Position numbers and translations under genes: made by a program. A DNA stretch of 58,007 bases from Octopus bimaculoides. Taxonomy: Eukaryota. The notes beneath the pieces were generated by a model. It was given only the letters and a program-made list of their open reading frames with translations, was not told the origin of the DNA and did no database searches. Positions 24,659 through 36,520 of the stretch are shown in pieces (positions within the stretch are counted from its first letter, which is position 1; each line of letters opens with the position of its first letter). Where the stretch lies: positions 69,046,978-69,104,984 of the forward strand of contig NC_068984.1 of assembly GCF_001194135.2 (NCBI RefSeq), in the 5' to 3' direction.

Positions 24659-25500
24659 GAGATTGAAGCATTTAGTGAGCTCATGAGCGAGATGTGGATC
24701 TCATTGTTTTAGAAGAGAAACCATATTCTGATAACCGGTTCCATTGATGTTTTCAAGCAAGGGAAGGCATTTTAACACTTGATGTAAATATGCATGTCAT
24801 GATGAATCTTATGGAGAAGAAGATGATAGTTTTGGAACAAGCAGTGTTTGCAGTGTAGAATTGGATACAAATTCAGCAGCAGTAGAGACATTTTGCGAGG
24901 GTGCTGTGCTTACAGACACATTATGTCTGGCACGCCAGGCGAAATGCTTAGCAGTATTTCGTCTGCTGTTACGTTCTGAGTTAAAATTCCACCTAGGTTG
25001 ATTTGCCTTTCATCCTTTCGGGGTCGATAAATTAAGTACCAGTTACGCACTGGAGTTGATGTAATCGACTTAATCCCTTTGTCTGTCCTTGTTTGTCCCC
25101 TCTATGTTTAGCCCCTTGTGGGCAATAAAGAAATAAGAAACATTATGCCTAGAAGGAGGAAAGGACAATTACACAAATACATTAAAGATCCTTTCTGCAA
25201 GGCCCCAGAAGAACCGTATGCAGTTAAACAAGGTGAAGAGCCCGAGAGGTCTGTGATGTATTAAAGTACATTTTTATAGTGAGAACGATGGTCTTGCAGT
25301 AGTTGTGGTGTTGAAAAAAAGGCAAAAAGAACAATTAAATTTTAGCGCCTGGTGGTTTTCTCCAAGTGCTGTAGTATATTCATCTCAGAAAATTCGACAT
25401 CGAATCAACTCAAATTTCCTGCAAAAGATCTTAAATTTGGAATTATTTGTTGATGTATTTCTTGTTGTTTAGTTATGAATCAGCTTTGACTGAGTAACTA
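23640..25500 (-). mobile_element. Degenerate CR1/L2/Jockey-group LINE RT region, interrupted by (GA)n and a SINE
   Basis: Frameshifted translation: LLKQ*DPHLAHELTKCFNLS, QDLLNVTHS*IFALERFGESR, TNLLSRLPPY, YANDLLTVSSSNIQSY..DT (YADD region), RARKYFSSQELL. Confidence 0.75.
24929..25139 (+). mobile_element. 5'-truncated tRNA-derived SINE with apparent 11-bp TSD
   Basis: B-box GTTCTGAGTTAAAATTCC, tail TTTGTCTGTCCTTGTTTGTCCCC..GGGCAATAAAGAAAT; flanks ACATTATGTCT (24918-24928) and ACATTATGCCT (25140-25150). Confidence 0.9.
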
Positions 25501-26255
25501 TAAGAGAAGAAACACCATGAGAAAAGATATTCCACCTAAGATCAATTCATTTCTTTGTGTTTATCTAAGTCGAAGTTAACCGGTATGATATTTCTCATTA
25601 AGAGGTTGGAGTTGCGCTTTCGTTCTTTGTTCAAGCTTGTGGAAGAACTCGTAAAGGTGTCGTTGGGTTACTTCTTTCGGTTTACCATTATCACATCACA
25701 AGATGACAACTTTAAAACAGCACCAGAACGTAAATAGAAAGTACATATATTATTATTTTGCTTTCTTAGTCGCCATACAGTATACGAGTAATCAAATAGT
25801 CTCAACTACGATCATCCCTTTACATATATAGATATGCGTGCGCGTGTTGCACGCATATGTATGTATGTGTGTATGCATGTATGTATGTAATATGTGTATG
25901 TGTGTGTGTGTTGTCCAACGTATCCTTCTTTTCAAAGGCGATAATCTTTTCTTTGAGGGAGATTTATTGCTATTTCTAGATGGTTGAGCTACCACATTGC
26001 GTCGTCGATGTTTTTTGATAGCAATTAATCCCAAAAAACGAAAACAAAGCACAACAAGAAAAAAACGTGAGGACGTGATACATGCAAAGTATTAGCAGAC
26101 GCTCAGGGAAGGAAAGAAAGGGTGTTTTAAGTTTCGAGCAAAGCTCTTCTTCAGAAGCAGGAGACAGAGGAAAGTCCAAGAGAAAAAGATGGAAGAAAAA
26201 GACCACCAACAATCTACATGTAGTTACATTTTGGAATTCATGTATATATAACGAC

Positions 26256-26318
<63 letters not shown>

Positions 26319-26366
26319 CAGACAGACAAACAGGCAGGCAGGCGGGCAGACAGGCAGACAGGTAGG

Positions 26367-26397
<31 letters not shown>

Positions 26398-26398
26398 G
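26256..26398. repeat. (GATA)n-(GACA)n-(GGCA)n-(GATA)n compound array
   Basis: Visible in sequence. Confidence 0.97.
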
Positions 26399-28323
26399 TA
26401 TCATTAAACATATTTGTTGGCATGTCTTTCATTTTCATTTTGTATGCCTTTGCTGCCCTCCTTCCTCAGTGGATTCTTCTGTTTAACATGTCATCGCATA
26501 AATATCATGTCTTCCTTCTAAAACTTGAAGTTATGCATAAATGGCCGATCTCTTTATTTGATTTTAATTCTGAACAATACGGGTAGAAACTTAATATCTG
26601 CCTTTATGTACGAGAAAGTTGAACTCAGCACTTTACGCTGATGAGCCATTTGTCACTCGTAATATTCTGTAGGGCATGTTTTCAGTTAGATTGAATTAGC
26701 TGTTAAGAATTGGGTATCTTGACCATTAGCAGTGCCACAAGGCAGAACAGATTACAGAATTCTAATCATCATCACCTCTCAACTAGTTATGTCGCATCTT
26801 CTCAATCTATTCATCTGTGTCTTCGATGTACATGTCTTAAATTGAAATGTTCAATTAAATTTAACTGTAATTTAACATTTTGTCCGTAATCTTCTTACAA
26901 AGTATATATGCTCTGCCATTTTACAAATTGGGAAGATAGTTCCACTTATACAGAACCTGCTCAATTAGAATGGAAACTGTGTTGGCGTTTTTATTGCTTC
27001 ATAATATCTTTGTTGTCTGTTTGCTTTAATATATAAATTTCTGTAGGTTAGATTATGTGTTTTAATGAATGTTTTATGATTAGAGCTTTAACCTGTTTGT
27101 AGATATTGACTTGAGAAAAAAAAGAGAGATTCATGTTTAAATCACTAAATTAACCATAGCACAGTTATCTTGCTCACCAGTGTAATTTGATTAGATTTTT
27201 AATAGCAATCAAAAAAATCTTACACTATAAATATATTCTTTTATAGCATTTTTATCAACGAAATCATGTAATTTTTTAAAAATATCTTCTCTTAAAACAA
27301 AGAGATTGAATATTAAAATATCAATACAAGCCAAGATTCACATTGAAAATTTTAAATTTGATTTAAAACATCAAAGTTATATCTCATTAGTGAAGAATGA
27401 CTAACAAAACAAAAGATATATTCATTAATAGAAATTTTGTAATTAACTGCCAAATAATAATTGAGAACAATAAGCACAACCCATTTAGGATAATAAACAA
27501 TAATTATCTTGCTAAAATTAGAAATAAAGTAACACAGAGTTGTTTTTCTGCATTAGAGGTCTTGCATGTATAATCTATTCAAATATTATAACCAAAGATG
27601 AATTCATTAAAGAAACAATAAAACTACGTTTTATATTAAGACTCTTATTTAATTAATGAAAACACACACACATAAAGAAAATGAAACAAATTATTATGAT
27701 ATAAAAGACAAAACTTTTATATTAAATTCAACTGTAAAGTGACTGGCTGCAAATAGAAATTTATATGCAACACCATTTTTTCTTCATTATCTATCACGAG
27801 TCCAGTATGACAATTCATCACATGTGATTCCTGATTTCAGAGTAGGTTAGATTGTAACAGATCAACCACAATATGAGGCTATAACCAGAACTAAAGTCTA
27901 GATCTAAAACCAATTTATATATTAATAAACCTGATCAGGTTTTTTTCTGTTTTGTTTTTATTTCGAGAAGTTGCAACTGAATTCTGGTTCATCCTGTCAA
28001 GAGACCTTGTCTCTCAATTTTAGATCGTTTGTCTTTGCCAGTAGCATTAATGTAGTTGAGTGACCTTTTCCTCTATTCGAGAGCGAAAGTTTCCCAAATA
28101 TTTCATCTGATACTTCGTGGTATTCAGAAAAATAGCAACGATCAGCAAATACCTGCAACAATAATAGAGATGGTGGGATGTATTCATAATTCTCTATTTA
28201 TGCTTTTACAATTAAGGGTTTTGAGTTCCAATGATCCTTTGATGGATGTTTATTATTGTAGTATTTTCCTGTTAACATCCCATTAGGAAAACTGCAAGTT
28301 CATGAAACATTTTAGTCATACAG

Positions 28324-28568
28324 CAGTGGTTCCCAAGCTGGGGACTGTGGAACCCTGGTGATCCGCAAAGGTAATACTGAAGGTCCGTGAGCTGAATTCA
28401 AAATTTCACACACACACACACATATATATACATAGATACATAAGGATAAGCATATTAAAAGGAGGCCCGTGGGAAAATTCATTTAAATAAGAGGTTTGGG
28501 AACTACTGTTGGAAACCATTGTTGGAAACCACTGCTGGGAACCACTGTGATAAGGCTGAGAACCACTG
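28324..28568. mobile_element. hAT (Charlie-like) MITE with tandemly reiterated right TIR
   Basis: Left TIR CAGTGGTTCCCAA at 28324; right TIR variants at 28496, 28509, 28522, 28535 and 28556; 8-bp flanks TCATACAG and TTATATAG (6/8 match). Confidence 0.75.
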
Positions 28569-28795
28569 TTATATAGTAACCTCGCTTATTGCAACAATGA
28601 TTTGTCCCAATACTACGATACCTTATTATAGCTAGATTGAGTAATTAGGGTTCGATAAGTGAATCTATTATGATACTGTGGTATTCAGGATGTAATTATG
28701 AAAATCGTAATCTAGATTACAGTAAACAAAAACAAAAGTAATCACTCTCGAGACTAATGATCATTGTAATTACCTGAAAATACATTCAGATGTAT

Positions 28796-28856
28796 AAGGC
28801 GGTGAACTGGCAGAATCGTTAGCACGTCGGAAAACATCCTTAGCGGCACGATGTAA
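28796..28856 (+). mobile_element. tRNA-SINE head fragment
   Basis: AAGGCGGTGAACTGGCAGAATCGTTAGCACGTCGG. Confidence 0.7.
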
Positions 28857-28869
28857 CTTAACATCAAAT

Positions 28870-29010
28870 GCATACCAGTCATGGCCATTCCATCTTTTTG
28901 AGTGCTTCTAGGACTATACTATTTAACAGGAATCATTCTCTTTAAAGTTGAAAGAAAACGATTTAATGCTGATATGGCTGCTATCTCTGCCACATCCAGT
29001 AATCACTTAG
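28870..29010 (-). repeat. Unclassified interspersed repeat family; related copies at about 3255-3310(-), 30090-30240(-), 46520-46660(+), 49060-49220(+), 49370-49530(-), 53995-54160(+)
   Basis: Shared degenerate blocks resembling GCTAGAAATAGCAGC, GACACATTGGA and GGGATGG..CA(T/C)GGCTGGAAT recur between these intervals; aligned by eye. Confidence 0.45.
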
Positions 29011-29654
29011 AGATATTTTGGAACGAAGATGGTTATTGTGTAGTCCTGGGTCATTGCTGTGGTATTTCGGTAGTCAGCTGAACGTCGAAATGCAATCCAC
29101 GGATGCAATATCCCAGTTAACATAGAAGGAAAATAAAGGAAGTCATGTTCGAACTATCTTCTAACTGTTGCCATCCTGTCATCTGTCATTCCTCACATAT
29201 CATATTCAGAGTTAGTTTTCTCTATACATTAAAGCAACAGATTTGCCGTACCGTTAGAGCGTCGAACAGACTATCTTGTGATATCTGTTCTGGATATCTT
29301 TGCTCTGATTTCAAATCCCGCTAAGGTTACACATTTGTTTTTAATCCTTTTGGAATCGATAAATAAAATACAAATCTACTACTAAGGCCGATTCTTCTGA
29401 CCTTCTTCCTCGACTGTACTTGCAATTCAAAAGATCTAGTAGCTCCGCGTGCATTCACCGCTCTGAGTGCCAATTCTACCAAGGTTAAATTTGTCTTTCT
29501 TCATTCAAGAGTTGAAGAATAAAGTATAATAAAAGACAAGGATTGAAAAAGAGTCGAATAACCACTTTTATAGAAAAACCATAAATGACTCTGAAGCCAC
29601 CCAAGAATGACTTGCTGTGCAGTAAAAAAAATGAACAATATTAAAGAAAAAGGA

Positions 29655-29867
29655 AAGGTGGAAAGCTGACGGAATTGTTACCACACCGGGCAAGATGCTT
29701 AGCCGCATTTCGTCCGTCTCTACGTTCTGAGTTCAAATTCCGCCGACGCTGACTTTGCCTTTCGTCATTTTGAGGTCTACAAATTAAGTACAATTGGAAC
29801 ACTGAGGTCAATTTAATACACTTGGCCTCGCCCCAAAAACGGTTGGCTTTGTGCCGATATTTGAAAC
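29655..29867 (+). mobile_element. tRNA-derived SINE
   Basis: GTTCTGAGTTCAAATTCCGCCGACGCTGACTTTGCCTTTC, ends TTTGTGCCGATATTTGAAAC. Confidence 0.85.
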
Positions 29868-30599
29868 TAATATGAGAGAAAGAGGATTCTTCTTTACTAA
29901 ATTAAATTTTACAAATCTTTCATTAAAAAACAACTTTATACCTATATTAAAAACAATCTATGGTCCAAAAGCCAACCAAATGCCCAAAAGAAGATTCTAT
30001 GTGCTATGCCTACCCAACCGAATGACTTTTTGTATGATAAAATGTTATCCAGTGAGTTTAGGTATTTCTGATGATTAGCATTATATCAACCGTGATCGAA
30101 CAGACCTCTGATTAAAAATGTTTCTGCCAATTCTGTCCCATTATTTTTCCGTAATCAGGAATATGTTCTTCAGCGCATGTTGCTTTTAATACGGCAACGG
30201 GTGGTGATTTAAAAGAGAACTGACAGCTATTTCTGACCAAACAAGCAAACGCATATATATTACATTATGCGCTCGTTGGATTTGCTTCACCGTTTCCTGG
30301 CGGAGTGAGCAACCCAACAGAGATTACTTTAACGACGCACACATTAAATGTAAGGTATTCCAAGAATGGTGAATGAAAGAAAGCTGCAGATTTATTTTAA
30401 AATATCGACTTTACAAACCTAATTTTCTCTTTAAGTTATCAGTTTAATAACCATGCAACTGTTTGACTAACTTTTCCATACCAACATTTATGCTTATATG
30501 TATCCTATATAAATTCCTTGTATAAATATCGTATTTGTATGTATGTGTTTACATACATGAGATATTTATAGGTATAAATGTTAGCTCAGAAAAGATTGT

Positions 30600-30752
30600 C
30601 TAAATATAAATATGCATACACGTACATATATATATATATACGCATATTTTTATATATACTCACACATCTTCAAGTGTATGAATCCTTCTCTCTTTCACTT
30701 TCTCTCTGTACACAAACACACATGCACACAAACATACATATATATATATATA

Positions 30753-30812
<60 letters not shown>

Positions 30813-31853
30813 TATGTATATGTATATAATTACATGGTTATTATACACGTATTTCTGTATTCATATGAACATGATCATATATATATATACATNNNNNNNN
30901 NNNNNNNNNNNNNNNNNNNNNNNNNNNNNNNNNNNNNNNNNNNNNNNNNNNNNNNNNNNNNNNNNNNNNNNNNNNNNNNNNNNNNNNNNNNNNNNNNNNN
31001 NNNNNNNNNNNNNNNNNNNNNNNNNNNNNNNNNNNNNNNNNNNNNNNNNNNNNNNNNNNNNNNNNNNNNNNNNNNNNNNNNNNNNNNNNNNNNNNNNNNN
31101 NNNNNNNNNNNNNNNNNNNNNNNNNNNNNNNNNNNNNNNNNNNNNNNNNNNNNNNNNNNNNNNNNNNNNNNNNNNNNNNNNNNNNNNNNNNNNNNNNNNN
31201 NNNNNNNNNNNNNNNNNNNNNNNNNNNNNNNNNNNNNNNNNNNNNNNNNNNNNNNNNNNNNNNNNNNNNNNNNNNNNNNNNNNNNNNNNNNNNNNNNNNN
31301 NNNNNNNNNNNNNNNNNNNNNNNNNNNNNNNNNNNNNNNNNNNNNNNNNNNNNNNNNNNNNNNNNNNNNNNNNNNNNNNNNNNNNNNNNNNNNNNNNNNN
31401 NNNNNNNNNNNNNNNNNNNNNNNNNNNNNNNNNNNNNNNNNNNNNNNNNNNNNNNNNNNNNNNNNNNNNNNNNNNNNNNNNNNNNNNNNNNNNNNNNNNN
31501 NNNNNNNNNNNNNNNNNNNNNNNNNNNNNNNNNNNNNNNNNNNNNNNNNNNNNNNNNNNNNNNNNNNNNNNNNNNNNNNNNNNNNNNNNNNNNNNNNNNN
31601 NNNNNNNNNNNNNNNNNNNNNNNNNNNNNNNNNNNNNNNNNNNNNNNNNNNNNNNNNNNNNNNNNNNNNNNNNNNNNNNNNNNNNNNNNNNNNNNNNNNN
31701 NNNNNNNNNNNNNNNNNNNNNNNNNNNNNNNNNNNNNNNNNNNNNNNNNNNNNNNNNNNNNNNNNNNNNNNNNNNNNNNNNNNNNNNNNNNNNNNNNNNN
31801 NNNNNNNNNNNNNNNNNNNNNNNNNNNNNNNNNNNNNNNNNNNNNNNNNNNNN

Positions 31854-31887
<34 letters not shown>

Positions 31888-31890
31888 GCA
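30600..31890. repeat. (TA)n/(CA)n microsatellites around N-gap 30893-31853
   Basis: Visible in sequence. Confidence 0.9.
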
Positions 31891-31949
31891 TACATATGTT
31901 GAACGATCAATTCAAACGTGTTTTTACTCCCCCCCCCCATGGGGGACAT

Positions 31950-32530
31950 GCAAGTAAGTCAACATAATGAGTTCCTTGTCACTGCAGTTGCTCATAGGGA
32001 GGCAGCAACGATCGATTACATTAGCATAAAAGAAGAAGTAATAAGCCTAAACTCATTCACAGGTTCTGATGGACTCCCAGCGATCTTTCTAAAAGAAAAG
32101 TAAACAAGCCCTAACAAAACCACTGCAGTCTCACTTCCAGAGCTTCCTTGCAACTGATAAGCTTCCAGGCAAGTTAAAGGAGTGCAGAAAGGCGGGAGTA
32201 GAGCAAGTTAAAGGAAGACTTCCAGATAAGTCAAAGAAAACTATAAAGACGGAAGCAGAGCAGATGCTAAAAGTTACAAGACAATATCTCTGATCTCACA
32301 TATCAGCAATGTCATGGAACGAACAGCCAGAAAGAAAGTAATCACGTTCTTTGAAGAAAATGACTTATCAAATGACACCTAATGTGGTTTTCAACCAGGA
32401 GGACGTTCTCTGACACACCCTCTGCATCATTAGCACTTGCTATCAAAATAGTTATTTAAACACACAAAGGTGGTTGTAAAATATTTCGACCTTGCGAAAA
32501 TCAACGATAAACGTGATGCTAAGATGAAAT
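31950..32530 (+). mobile_element. CR1-type LINE reverse transcriptase fragment
   Basis: IDYISIKEEV..FTGSDGLPAIFLK, QALTKPLQ..FQSFLATDKLP, GSRADAKSYKTISLISHISNVMER, CGFQPG, YFDLAK match GPDG.PA.LLK / K.GSR....NYRPISL.S..SK.MER / HGFR.GRS / YLDFAKAFD. Confidence 0.85.
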
Positions 32531-33687
32531 CACCAATATATACCAGCGACAGAGGCAGTATTAATGCCGTTAGGTGATATTTATATCCATTTAACGCATA
32601 AAGCGCGACGGGCCACGAAAAGGCCTACGGAAAAGCCTCCGGAGAAGACCGCGGTAACCTCAGGCAGGGAGGGAATAAAACACATGAGAGCAATCTGTTC
32701 TCTCTCCTTTTTCGATTTACAGGATCATGCTCAAAGTTGTTTCGTCGCTCGCACGCACCATATTTGCTATATTNNNNNNNNNNNNNNNNNNNNNNNNNNN
32801 NNNNNNNNNNNNNNNNNNNNNNNNNNNNNNNNNNNNNNNNNNNNNNNNNNNNNNNNNNNNNNNNNNNNNNNNNNNNNNNNNNNNNNNNNNNNNNNNNNNN
32901 NNNNNNNNNNNNNNNNNNNNNNNNNNNNNNNNNNNNNNNNNNNNNNNNNNNNNNNNNNNNNNNNNNNNNNNNNNNNNNNNNNNNNNNNNNNNNNNNNNNN
33001 NNNNNNNNNNNNNNNNNNNNNNNNNNNNNNNNNNNNNNNNNNNNNNNNNNNNNNNNNNNNNNNNNNNNNNNNNNNNNNNNNNNNNNNNNNNNNNNNNNNN
33101 NNNNNNNNNNNNNNNNNNNNNNNNNNNNNNNNNNNNNNNNNNNNNNNNNNNNNNNNNNNNNNNNNNNNNNNNNNNNNNNNNNNNNNNNNNNNNNNNNNNN
33201 NNATACTTACTAATACTCATGTATTAGTGTGCGTATTGAATTATCGTCAGTTTTCATTACTTTTATTATTTGTGTTGTTTTCATCATACTTTACTTTTGT
33301 ATATTATATTTATTATATTTTTGTTATGAGATTTAACTTCATCGTTATTCCTATTCTCATTTCCATACTTAATTTTACAATCATTGCTTTCCTTACTCCA
33401 CCCGCTTATTATATTCATATATATTTTAAACCCCTTTGTTGATAATTATAATAATTACTGCTATTATCACTTCAATTATTTTATTTTCTTATTCTTAAAT
33501 TCTTAATCACTGACTCATAAATTTCAATGGTAATTATGATGCTAGATTTCTCACCAAATATTTAAATCCAACTTTTATTTTTCAAATGTTTCCCACACAA
33601 ATAAATATATAGAGAGAGTATTGTAGCTAAACTGCCAAATGAAAGAAGTATAAAATTATATATATTTGTCGACATATTTATGCATAA

Positions 33688-34250
33688 TACTGAGTGTTCA
33701 GGCAAAATCTGACGAGATTTTATAACTCATTTTTCAGGAACAACTTGATATATTGATGAACATTTAACGGCGTTGGAGAGCCTAGAGATTAAAGTAGTTG
33801 AAAAAGTTAGCTGACATGGAGGACTGGAAGCCATCAGAATATGGGAAAAGAGGTACCTGTACCATAATGATTCGTACCGGGTATCAAAATGCCCATACCA
33901 TAACAGCTGCTCAGTGCTCTGTGAATACTGACTGTAAAGGCTGTATGAACGGAACTTTAAGATCAATTTCGATGACTATGGGAAGCTGCTGTAGCCTGTG
34001 CTTAAACGCTGGCTGGAGGTGGTTGTTACTAGAAGGCTATATGTGTGACAACAGGATTCGTATCTTTGCCCTAGCTCCGGAAAGAAGTGGTTGTCGGAGA
34101 ATTTCTACAATTTCAGCTGTCTCAATTTCTGGCCTCTTAATTCCTCCGATTGTAACCCCATGGATTATGCGGTTGAGAATCTTAGCGTCTTTTCAGGCAC
34201 TGGTACCGCAAATAGTCAGTGACCTTATTAAAAGAAAGTTGTAACAGTTC
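33688..34250 (+). mobile_element. Degenerate Tc1/mariner element of maT (DD37D)-like type
   Basis: TA-CTGAGTGTTCAGG terminus at about 33688; translation LYV*QQDS...KKWLSENFYNF..FWPLNSSDCNPMDY; D at 34055 to D at 34163 is 35 codons, suggesting a 2-codon deletion relative to 37. Confidence 0.65.
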
Positions 34251-34676
34251 TGGCGACGATAATAGGCGAGTATCTTCCGCTGGCGATACAAACACGAGTG
34301 CTTATATGCACCACAAGTCAATATGACAGATTCTCTCATGGTAAATAGCACTGTATTTTGTGGTTTGACGCAACATCCACTTTTAAGTGAGGATACATTT
34401 TACCATTTGGAATTAATACTGCCTGTGTCATCATTAATTAGTTTCAATAAACCCCCTGGCTATCTGTGACACCAATGCCTGAATAGTCACTGAGACTCAG
34501 TGTCTATCGCTGACGGAGAAATCGGTATTTTTAGCCATGGACATGTGCCATTGACAAAGCCAAATGAAGCCGAAATCGCGTCATCGAGCGGTTCCGGTGG
34601 TGTTGGCGAACGATTTCCTCCCGCAAACAATATAAACATGTGTGCTTATATGCAACCACAAACCTGAATATTTACA

Positions 34677-34679
<3 letters not shown>

Positions 34680-34775
<96 letters not shown>

Positions 34776-34786
34776 GTGTGTGTGTA
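34680..34786. repeat. Long nearly pure (TG)n tract
   Basis: Visible; about 50 units with one CG interruption. Confidence 0.98.
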
Positions 34787-35779
34787 CGTATATGAATGAG
34801 ATTCTAACATAGTCTGAGTTTCACATTTTATTTTTGTATGTTTTACAGTTTCATAAATTATAGTAACACATGTACTTCTATGCTTTCAGCAATCTTCAAG
34901 TTTATGTTAATTGTAGTATTAACTGACAGTTGCGTTTCCCAATTGCTGACAGCGTTCTAAAATGACGGACAAATGGGATGAACAATTACGTCGCTTCACA
35001 GTTATTACGAACTGACTGACTGCCGTGCATTATAACTGAAAATGTCTGACAAATTTGAACATATATGACTTTTATTCTTATGGATAAAAACTAATCTCTA
35101 ATCAGTAGCGTTTACTCTTTTAGTAGCACGATCAGATCAAAAGCATTTGTGAATTATCCATATGTTTCGTCTGAATGTCCCACCAACATAGTCTATCAAG
35201 CTAATTGATTTTCAGTTTATCCACTGGTCATCACGCCTCCTCCAGGTTTTAATAGAGAGTCTCTCAGCATATAGAATGATATCTACATCTGGCAGTAATC
35301 TAGATGCAATATGCACCCAATGTATTTGCGTTTGAGGACATACTAAATAAAAGTGAAAGTCTGTTAGAAAGCACGTCTTATAAAATTAAACACGCCTGTT
35401 ACTTTCCATGTCTCAACCTTCGTATATGCTTTGGCATCGCGGACTCTTTCCTAGAGTATGTATTGGTAACCACTGTGTTTAGTAGATATGGTGAAAGATA
35501 AAGTATGATGGACGAGAATGAAAGGCTTTAGAGCAGAAAAAAAATTCTGTTGCCAAAATATCAAATACTTTATCTGACCAACTCTGGTTATAACCCAACA
35601 CATTGTAAATAATCTACACCGAACACTATAATAAGATATACACAATACATATTCTGCACCATTAGTATCCGATATTACACCATAGCTCACTATTAATTGA
35701 AATAAATCATTTGAATATTGATATTGCTCTCACGAACACAGACATCTTAAAATTCAAGATGAACAACGTTATAAATCAC

Positions 35780-36330
35780 AAAAGAAATATTAATTCAGCA
35801 GGTGAAAACTAAATCGATGAGGACACAGAAATTTGAGAAGAGAATCAAACAACTCAAAGAAAATAAAATATTTCGAGAATATAACCAAAAATTCTCCGGT
35901 GAATTAAATACCATAACAATTGAAATAGAATATCTACCAGATCAAGAAAAAGTAGAAATATTTGGGAAGAAAATATGGGTATTGGGAGACATCCCTACCA
36001 AAAAGAAACAAGAATACGGCCTGGACACTGACTCTCATCAAGATTATGCTGACACACTGATAGAAACCGTCTTCAATTAAAATGTAAAATGAGTGCAGCA
36101 AGAGCTCATGATGGTTGTAAAGACCAAGGACTGATAAATAAAGCGATATTGGAACTCTCTACTTGACAACAGTGTTAAAATATTCGTTTGCTCAAACCTT
36201 TTTAGATGTGACAGCAATGTTGAGGTTAAACTTCACAAATTTACCAGATTGACTTTGAAATGAGGCAATGCAACCAAGTCGAAGAACACTGACAATAAAA
36301 TAGTGGAAACATTAAATGAATTACAAATAG
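35780..36330 (+). mobile_element. R4/Dong-like LINE fragment (pre-RT domain plus RT motif)
   Basis: KFEKRIKQLKENKIFREYNQKFSGELN...LPDQEKVEIFGKKIW (cf. RYEKRIKQ..QN.LF..NQK.FY.EL....P..EE...FW..IW) and GCKDQGLINKAILE (cf. G.KDQLLIDKAIL). Confidence 0.75.
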
Positions 36331-36399
36331 TTCTTAATCCTTTCTAATATGAACTCTGACATATAATCACAATTGAACAGATAATACAATTATAATGTT

Positions 36400-36520
36400 T
36401 CTCTCTTTCTTTCTCTCTCTCTCTCCCTTTCCACTTTTCTCTCTCTCTCTCCTTCCTTATCTCTTTCTTTCTCACTCTCTCTCCTTCCCTCTCCTCCCTC
36501 CTCTCTTTCTCTTTCTCTCT
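36400..36520. repeat. CT-rich low-complexity tract
   Basis: Visible in sequence. Confidence 0.9.

Noticed and set aside
26080-26260. Purine-rich 59-aa [17 protein letters not shown]...
   Set aside because: Low-complexity K/R/S content, no recognisable domain, no clean splice frame.
26638-26670. CTGATGAG hammerhead core
   Set aside because: No stem II closed by GAAA and no stem III or NUH site follows.
28056-28286. 76-aa ORF MSDLFLYSRAK...
   Set aside because: No recognisable motif, and length is within chance expectation.
28324-28568. Short direct repeats that might suggest a CRISPR array (also the 35-bp repeat at 8452)
   Set aside because: Eukaryotic context, no unique spacers, no cas genes; explained as TIR reiteration and a minisatellite.
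28570-28680. Possible small pogo/Tigger-like MITE next to the hAT MITE
   Set aside because: Putative TIRs are too degenerate to pair convincingly.
30612-31967. Long ORFs (300-450 aa) spanning N-runs, also at 6.4, 22.0, 32.6, 37.8, 54.2 and 56.7 kb
   Set aside because: Length is an artefact of X residues from assembly gaps.
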